Source of the DNA: an uncultured delta proteobacterium
GTDB taxonomy: Bacteria > Desulfobacterota > Binatia > UBA9968
NCBI GenBank assembly: GCA_963771465.1
Contig: CAVYTU010000011.1
Location: 128,001 to 192,000 of the forward strand
Direction of reading: 5' to 3'
Length of the DNA: 64,000 nt
In this document: piece after piece, positions 58,484 to 64,000 of the stretch
Position numbering within the stretch: the first letter of the stretch is position 1
How the letters are laid out: each line of letters starts with the position of its first letter
Notes under the pieces: generated by a model
Databases searched by the model: none
The model's input: only the letters and a program-made list of their open reading frames with translations
What the model was told of the DNA's origin: nothing
Made by a program: the position numbers and the translations under genes

Positions 58484-59607
58484 ATGAAGAATCGGACATT
58501 CAGCTTCGTTTCAGTTTCCCTTGGGAGTCTATTGCTTGAGCCAGGTCGCAGTGCGCGGCGCAGGCGCGTTGGGAAGATGTCGTTCGAGCGGCGGAGAAGG
58601 AAGGCGAGGTGACGGTCTACGCGACCAACTCGGTCGGCGACTTGCAAGTCATTTGGGATGCGTTCAAGAAACAATTTCCCAAGATCAAGCTGAACTCCGT
58701 CGGCATCAGCACCACCAGCGAGATCGTTACCAAGATCATGGCCGAGCGGCGGGCGAATCAGTTTATCGTCGACGTGGTGCTCGGCGCGCCGGGCGCGACT
58801 TACAATAGCCTGCAACGCGGCAAGGCACTCGATCCATTGCCGCCGGCGCTACTACTTCCGGACGTGACCGATCTGTCGAAGTGGTGGAAAGGCAAGCACC
58901 GTTATGTCGATCCGGAAGGCCAGTACGTCTTTGTCTATCAAAGCTCGCTCTACGGACCGCCGGTGTATCACCATACCAAGTTGGTGAGCTTGGATTCGAT
59001 CCGCTCAGTGTGGGATCTGCTCGATCCCAAGTGGAAGGGCAAGATCATAGCGCTCTGGCCGCGGCCCAACTATGTTTCGACGGCGCTGCTGTTCATGTAT
59101 CACCACCCGCAAATCGGGCCCAAGTTTCTCGAACGCTTTTACGGCGGCGAGATGGATCTCACTTATTTTAGCGACTTTCGTCAAGGCACGGATTGGCTCG
59201 CCGCGGGAAAATATCCGGTATGTTTTTTGTGCCGACTCCGGCGCGCGCAGGAACAAGGACTGCCGGTGGCCGAAATCAGCCCGTATCATTTCAAAGAGGC
59301 GCCGGGGATAGGTTCGAATAATGGCGTCATCGGCTTGATGAATGCTCAGCCGCATCCGAACGGCGCAAAGGTTTTCATCAACTGGTACCTATCGCGTGAA
59401 GGCCAAATCGCATTTAGAAACGCCAACAATACCATCGAGGACGAAACCACCACGTCGCTGCGCGAGGATCTGCCGTTGAACGTCGTTCCGGAAGCAGCGC
59501 GCCGGCGCAAAGATGTCGACTATATCGAAATCAGCCGCCACGACTGGATGGAGTGGAAACCGGTGGGCGATTTGATTTCGGCGGCGCGGCAGAAGTCGGG
59601 GAAATAG
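58484..59607 (+). CDS. ABC-type extracellular solute-binding protein, frameshift in signal peptide region
   Basis: ATG 58484 is out of frame with WEDVVRAAEKEGEVTVY; WDLLDPKWKGKI, PHPNGAKVFINWYLSREGQ; paralog of 3234..4358. Confidence 0.8.
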
Positions 59608-59615
59608 GATGATGA

Positions 59616-59695
59616 CAGATTCCAAATTTCAGATTCAAAATTAAAGCGGGCGACATCCAATCGTTTGGAATCTTGAATCTGAAATCTGGATTCTG
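59616..59695. repeat. Heptamer CAGATTC/GAATCTG inverted tandem repeat
   Basis: cagattc caaattt cagattc aaaatt...tttggaa tcttgaa tctgaaa tctggat. Confidence 0.75.
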
Positions 59696-59712
59696 AGTGA
59701 AGCGAGGACAAA

Positions 59713-60897
59713 ATGATTCCACAATTATCCATTCAAGAGCGGGACCGGCGTTATAAAATCGTTCGCGCCGAGATGGCCAAGCGCGGTATCGACGTGTTGC
59801 TGGCGCCGGCGAATACCGGTCGATGGGAGCAGCTGCAAGGGGACTCGCGCTATCTGACGACGATCGGTGGCTTCGCCACTGAAGTCTTCACGGTGTTTCC
59901 GCGCGAAGGCGATGTCACGGCGTTTATCTTCAACCGCGCTGCCTGGTGGCAGAAGGCGCAGAATTGGGTGACCGACGTGCGCGATGGGCGCAACCGTTGG
60001 GGGCAAAACGCGATTGACAGAATTAGCGAGCTTGGTTTGCAGGACGGAACCATCGGCGTTGCCGGTCTTGCGGGTTTGTTTCGCGCGCCGGAAGGCATCA
60101 TTCCCTATTCTTCGATCAAGGCGATACAAGACGCGTTTCCGCAGGCGAAGCTCGTCAACGCGACTGAAATGATGCAGGAGATTCGCGCGATCAAGAGCGC
60201 GGAAGAAGTCGCGCTGCTGGAACATTCGGCGGCGATCACCGAGAAAACGATCGACGCCATGATCGAGAACGCCAATCCGGGCGTGAGCGAAAAAGAACTC
60301 TACGGCGCCATGGTGCATGCCATGCTCGCCAACGGCGGCGAGTTGCCGACGCTATTCTTTCTCAGCGCCGGTCCGGGCATCACCAACAGTTCTTTCGTGC
60401 CGACCGACTATCGGATTCAAAAAAATGATCGCTTGATCAACGAGATCGAAGCCAAGTACGCCGGCTACGCCGCTCAAGCCGTTGCGCCGGCGGTGATCGG
60501 CGCAGCCGATGACGAGTTTGTGAAAATGACCGAGATGTCACGCGCGTGCTTCGACGCGATTCTCAATGCGATGAAGCCTGGCGTGACGTTTGGCACTCTA
60601 TTCGATCTCTATAGAGAGACCGTCGAGCAAAAGGGCAACGGGAAATATCTCTGGAGCCATCCGATGATGCACGCGCGGGGCCTCGGTGACGACGGGCCAG
60701 CGCTGCTCGGCGACAAAGACCTCGAGCGTTTTTCGCAAATTCAGCTGCAGACTGGAATGACCTTCATACTCAAACCGCAAGTTCGTCCGGCGCAAGGCAA
60801 AGGGCGCGCGAGCCTTGGCGATACGGTGACGGTGACGGAAAACGGCGCGCGCCGATTAGGGAAGCGCGAGCTGAAGTTGATCGTGAAGAAGGTTTAG
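59713..60897 (+). CDS. M24 (pita-bread fold) peptidase/creatinase-like protein
   Basis: Creatinase-type N-domain, RAIKSAEE, PGVSE, HARGLG, GDTVTVTENGARRL. Confidence 0.85.
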   Translation: MIPQLSIQERDRRYKIVRAEMAKRGIDVLLAPANTGRWEQLQGDSRYLTTIGGFATEVFTVFPREGDVTAFIFNRAAWWQKAQNWVTDVRDGRNRWGQNAIDRISELGLQDGTIGVAGLAGLFRAPEGIIPYSSIKAIQDAFPQAKLVNATEMMQEIRAIKSAEEVALLEHSAAITEKTIDAMIENANPGVSEKELYGAMVHAMLANGGELPTLFFLSAGPGITNSSFVPTDYRIQKNDRLINEIEAKYAGYAAQAVAPAVIGAADDEFVKMTEMSRACFDAILNAMKPGVTFGTLFDLYRETVEQKGNGKYLWSHPMMHARGLGDDGPALLGDKDLERFSQIQLQTGMTFILKPQVRPAQGKGRASLGDTVTVTENGARRLGKRELKLIVKKV

Positions 60898-60979
60898 CTG
60901 CGAAACACGCAAAGGGCAAGAATTATTTCCGATCTTTGCGGCTTGACACGAAAGGTTTCTCAACGTCCGGCGACCTATC

Positions 60980-62194
60980 ATGACTGAACTTTATCCTTAT
61001 CCACGCTTCTCTCTCGCTGAGCGCGACCGGCGCTGGAACGCCGTCCGCGCATTGATGCGCGAGGGCAATCTCGACGTCATCGTCACGCCGCAGAACAGCG
61101 GCCACTCCGCCGACTATCAGGCTAATACGCGCTATCTGACCCACTGCGGTGGTGGCGAACCCGATCTTGCGTCGGTATTTCCGCTCCAAGGTGAAGTGAC
61201 GGCGATCGCCACGTCCGCGGCGCCGCGCTGGCCGACCGTGCAAGATTGGGTGACGGACGTGCGCGAGGCGCGGCGCAATTACGGCAAGGTAATTGTCGAG
61301 CGCTTGAGAGAATTAAACGTCGAGCGCGGCCGGATCGGTATCACCGGTCTCGGTGAAGTCGAAGGCACGCGCACGCCGGAAGGGACGATCTTTTACGGCA
61401 CATGGAAGCAAATCCGTGAGGCGTTCCCGTATGCTGAGTTGGTCGACGCGACTGCGATCCTTGACGAAGTGCGTTACGTCAAGAGCGCAGAAGAAATTGA
61501 CGTGTTAACCAAGTCGATGGAAATTAACGAATTAGCGATCGATGCAGAGATCGAAGCCGCGAAAGTCGGCGTCAAAGATTGGGAAGTGTGGGCTGCGGTT
61601 CATTACGCGATGACGCGCAATGGCTCCGAGCTGCCGATCCATTGCTTCTGGGTGTCGGGAAAAAATCCCAAGCGCACGTTGACCCGGCCGAGCATGCGGC
61701 TGCTCGAGCGCGGCGATGTGATTATCAACGAGCTGGAAGCTTCCTGGATTGGCTACCGCGCCCAAGGTGTGCAGCCGGTCTTCGTCGAAGTCATCGACCC
61801 GGTCCAAGCTGAGCTGATCAAAGTGCAGCGAGAGATTTTCAATCGAGTGGTCGAAAGCTTGAAGCCCGGCATCACCGTCGGCGAGTTAGCTGAGCTGACC
61901 CGAAAAACCGCGGCCAGCGCGGCACCGAAAACTGGCCCGGCGGCGGGCACGCGCGGCGAGCTCAACATGCACGGCCGCGGTCAAGGCGACGACGGGCCGA
62001 TCATCACGCCGCACGCTAAAAGCCCGCGCCAGTTAGCGGTTGAGATGCGCGAAAATATGGTCTTCATCTGTAAGCCGTCGGCACTATCGGCAGATGGCGC
62101 GTATATCTGCCAGTGGGGCGACACGGTTGTGGTCACGAAAATCGGCGGCCGGCGCCTCGGCAAACGGGCGCATGAGCTGTTAGTTTCAAAGTGA
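60980..62194 (+). CDS. M24 (pita-bread fold) peptidase/creatinase-like protein, tandem paralog
   Basis: RYVKSAEE, NELEASWIGY, HGRGQGDDGP, GDTVVVT. Confidence 0.85.
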   Translation: MTELYPYPRFSLAERDRRWNAVRALMREGNLDVIVTPQNSGHSADYQANTRYLTHCGGGEPDLASVFPLQGEVTAIATSAAPRWPTVQDWVTDVREARRNYGKVIVERLRELNVERGRIGITGLGEVEGTRTPEGTIFYGTWKQIREAFPYAELVDATAILDEVRYVKSAEEIDVLTKSMEINELAIDAEIEAAKVGVKDWEVWAAVHYAMTRNGSELPIHCFWVSGKNPKRTLTRPSMRLLERGDVIINELEASWIGYRAQGVQPVFVEVIDPVQAELIKVQREIFNRVVESLKPGITVGELAELTRKTAASAAPKTGPAAGTRGELNMHGRGQGDDGPIITPHAKSPRQLAVEMRENMVFICKPSALSADGAYICQWGDTVVVTKIGGRRLGKRAHELLVSK

Positions 62195-62207
62195 GGAGTC
62201 GTACTTT

Positions 62208-63041
62208 ATGCCGAGCGTGAAGCTGCCGACCGGTGTCGACCTTTATTACGAAACCCACGGCCAAGGCGAACCGCTGATCTTCGTGCCATCGACCGCTTAC
62301 TCCGGCGAGGTGTGGAAGCCGTCGCAGATGCCGCTAGCAAGTTCTTTGAATCTCATCTTTCACGATCCGCGCGGCTGCGGCCGTTCGCTGCCGACTCAGA
62401 GCGTATACACCATTGAGCAGATGGCGCTCGACATCATCGCGTTGATGGATCATTTGCAACTACCGGCGGCGCACTTGATCGGTCACTCCATGGGCGGACG
62501 TATCGCGCTGTCGCTGGCGGAGAATTTTCCGGGGCGCGTCAAAAGTTTGATCATGGCGGCGAGCGGTTCCGGCACGGCGGGCCGGGCCGGTTCGGATTGC
62601 GTCCCCGGTCTGCCGCATCGGCTGGTTCTCGATCTGGTCGAGATGGGGTTTGAGAAATTCATCTACGACGAGATCGTCGTGTCCGACACTTTTTTCACCA
62701 AAGACTTTCGCGCGGCGCATCGCGACCAGGTCGAGGAGTTTTTCAAGATCGCCTGGGCGACCCACGCGAAGCTCGATCCGTTCATTCACCTCTGCATGGC
62801 GCGGCATAATTTCGAAGGCACGCACCGGCTGGGCGATGTCCAAGCGCCGACGTTGGTTCTGATCGGCGAAGCCGACACCGTCGGCAGCAATCATATCGCG
62901 CAGGCAAAAGTTTTACTGGAGCGGATTCCCGGCGCGGAAATGACAGTACTTAAAGGCCAGTCGCACGGTTTTTTCTGGCAAGCGCCGCAGGAAACCAATC
63001 GGGTAATTCTCGATTGGGTGATGCGAAATTCAAAAAACTGA
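62208..63041 (+). CDS. Alpha/beta hydrolase (enol-lactone hydrolase-like)
   Basis: DPRGCGRS, GHSMGG, GEAD, SHG catalytic triad pattern. Confidence 0.9.
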   Translation: MPSVKLPTGVDLYYETHGQGEPLIFVPSTAYSGEVWKPSQMPLASSLNLIFHDPRGCGRSLPTQSVYTIEQMALDIIALMDHLQLPAAHLIGHSMGGRIALSLAENFPGRVKSLIMAASGSGTAGRAGSDCVPGLPHRLVLDLVEMGFEKFIYDEIVVSDTFFTKDFRAAHRDQVEEFFKIAWATHAKLDPFIHLCMARHNFEGTHRLGDVQAPTLVLIGEADTVGSNHIAQAKVLLERIPGAEMTVLKGQSHGFFWQAPQETNRVILDWVMRNSKN

Positions 63042-63182
63042 GTTGGTTGGATTTGCCCGGATGCCGCACTTGAAATTGATCTAGCGTGTGACCGCGGCCA
63101 TTACTTCAACTGCCAATCCGGGTTTTACTTACGCGCGGAACGCTCCGTCACCTTGCTTCGCGTGGCGAATCACCGGCGCGGA

Positions 63183-64000
63183 TTACGGCAGCACACGGAA
63201 ACAATATCGCGGGAAAACTCCAAAGGCGTGAATCTGCTTTCCCGGATTGCCGCCAACATCGGCCCAAAGATTGGCGCCGATGCCCAAGTAGGAACTACCT
63301 CCGCCACCCGGCCAGCGCACGGAAACTTTCAGGCTACGTGTTCCTCGGCTAATTGAAATTCTTGTTCCGCCGTTGGTTCGATGCGTATCGCCGGTGCAAT
63401 TCCCGCGCGATGCCGGATACTGTTCCAGGTAAATTGCCATGATGGCTCGATCCGAGGACGCTAGGGTGTAGCGCAGTTCTAGGGTGAATGTCGGCGGCGC
63501 GCTCGCGCGCAACGTCGTGGATACCGGCGGCGTAAGAGAAATAATCGATACCGAGTCGCCTGCGGTTGACGAAACGACGCCGTCATTTCCCGGCGAAGCC
63601 GCCAATTCCGCCAGCGCGGATTCCGCGACCTGAGCCATGTCTCGGGTGATTTGGAAATTTTGATCGGCGACGCTGGCCGCAGAAGTAATCTTTTCCGCCG
63701 CGCGAATCGCGCTGTCACTAGCGCGCTCGGCACCGACGTTGTCTGAAGATTGTTCTGCCGCCGTGACAAATTCCCTGACGGTGATCAACTGCTGGTTTGC
63801 GCTTTGTTCGCTGTCTTTTATTTGCCTGAGCGCATTGGACGCTTTGGCTCCGGCGTCGCGCGCCCGCCTGATGATTTCCAAATTCGCTTGGCTCGACGCG
63901 CTGTAACGTCCCGCATTCACCCCTGCAGCCACCGCTCGCTTTGCATAGATATTTCCGTCCTGCACCAACTGCGTAATCCGGGATACGCCTCGCGCGGCCG
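63183..64000 (-). CDS. Hypothetical protein, 5' end outside the window
   Basis: Frame stays open to the window edge; Ala-rich helical region followed by a beta-rich C-terminal domain with two Cys. Confidence 0.55.
   Translation of the reverse strand, partial: AARGVSRITQLVQDGNIYAKRAVAAGVNAGRYSASSQANLEIIRRARDAGAKASNALRQIKDSEQSANQQLITVREFVTAAEQSSDNVGAERASDSAIRAAEKITSAASVADQNFQITRDMAQVAESALAELAASPGNDGVVSSTAGDSVSIISLTPPVSTTLRASAPPTFTLELRYTLASSDRAIMAIYLEQYPASRGNCTGDTHRTNGGTRISISRGTRSLKVSVRWPGGGGSSYLGIGANLWADVGGNPGKQIHAFGVFPRYCFRVLP

Overview
GC-rich bacterial window, almost entirely uptake and catabolic genes. The gene mix suggests Candidatus Binatia/Deltaproteobacteria, which is an inference only. 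It holds 12 TctC/Bug-type periplasmic binding proteins but one tctCBA transporter, and 5 ABC-type binding proteins with no permease or ATPase. It also encodes many orphan catabolic enzymes, a creD/response regulator/sensor kinase trio and a B12 radical SAM enzyme. The strongest hidden signal is a selenoprotein the ORF track splits in two: 17089..18750 (-), with an in-frame UGA in a U-S-T-C motif followed by a SECIS-like hairpin. It lies directly upstream of a thioredoxin reductase homologue that has lost its NADPH-binding arginines. Also notable: a possible structured ncRNA with its own terminator (~49976..50227), an HDO/cupin/UbiD/enolase operon, several families of short-unit tandem and inverted intergenic repeats, and a cluster of frameshifts at 41.9-58.6 kb (sequencing error or decay). 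No rRNA, tRNA, CRISPR array or transposase was seen.
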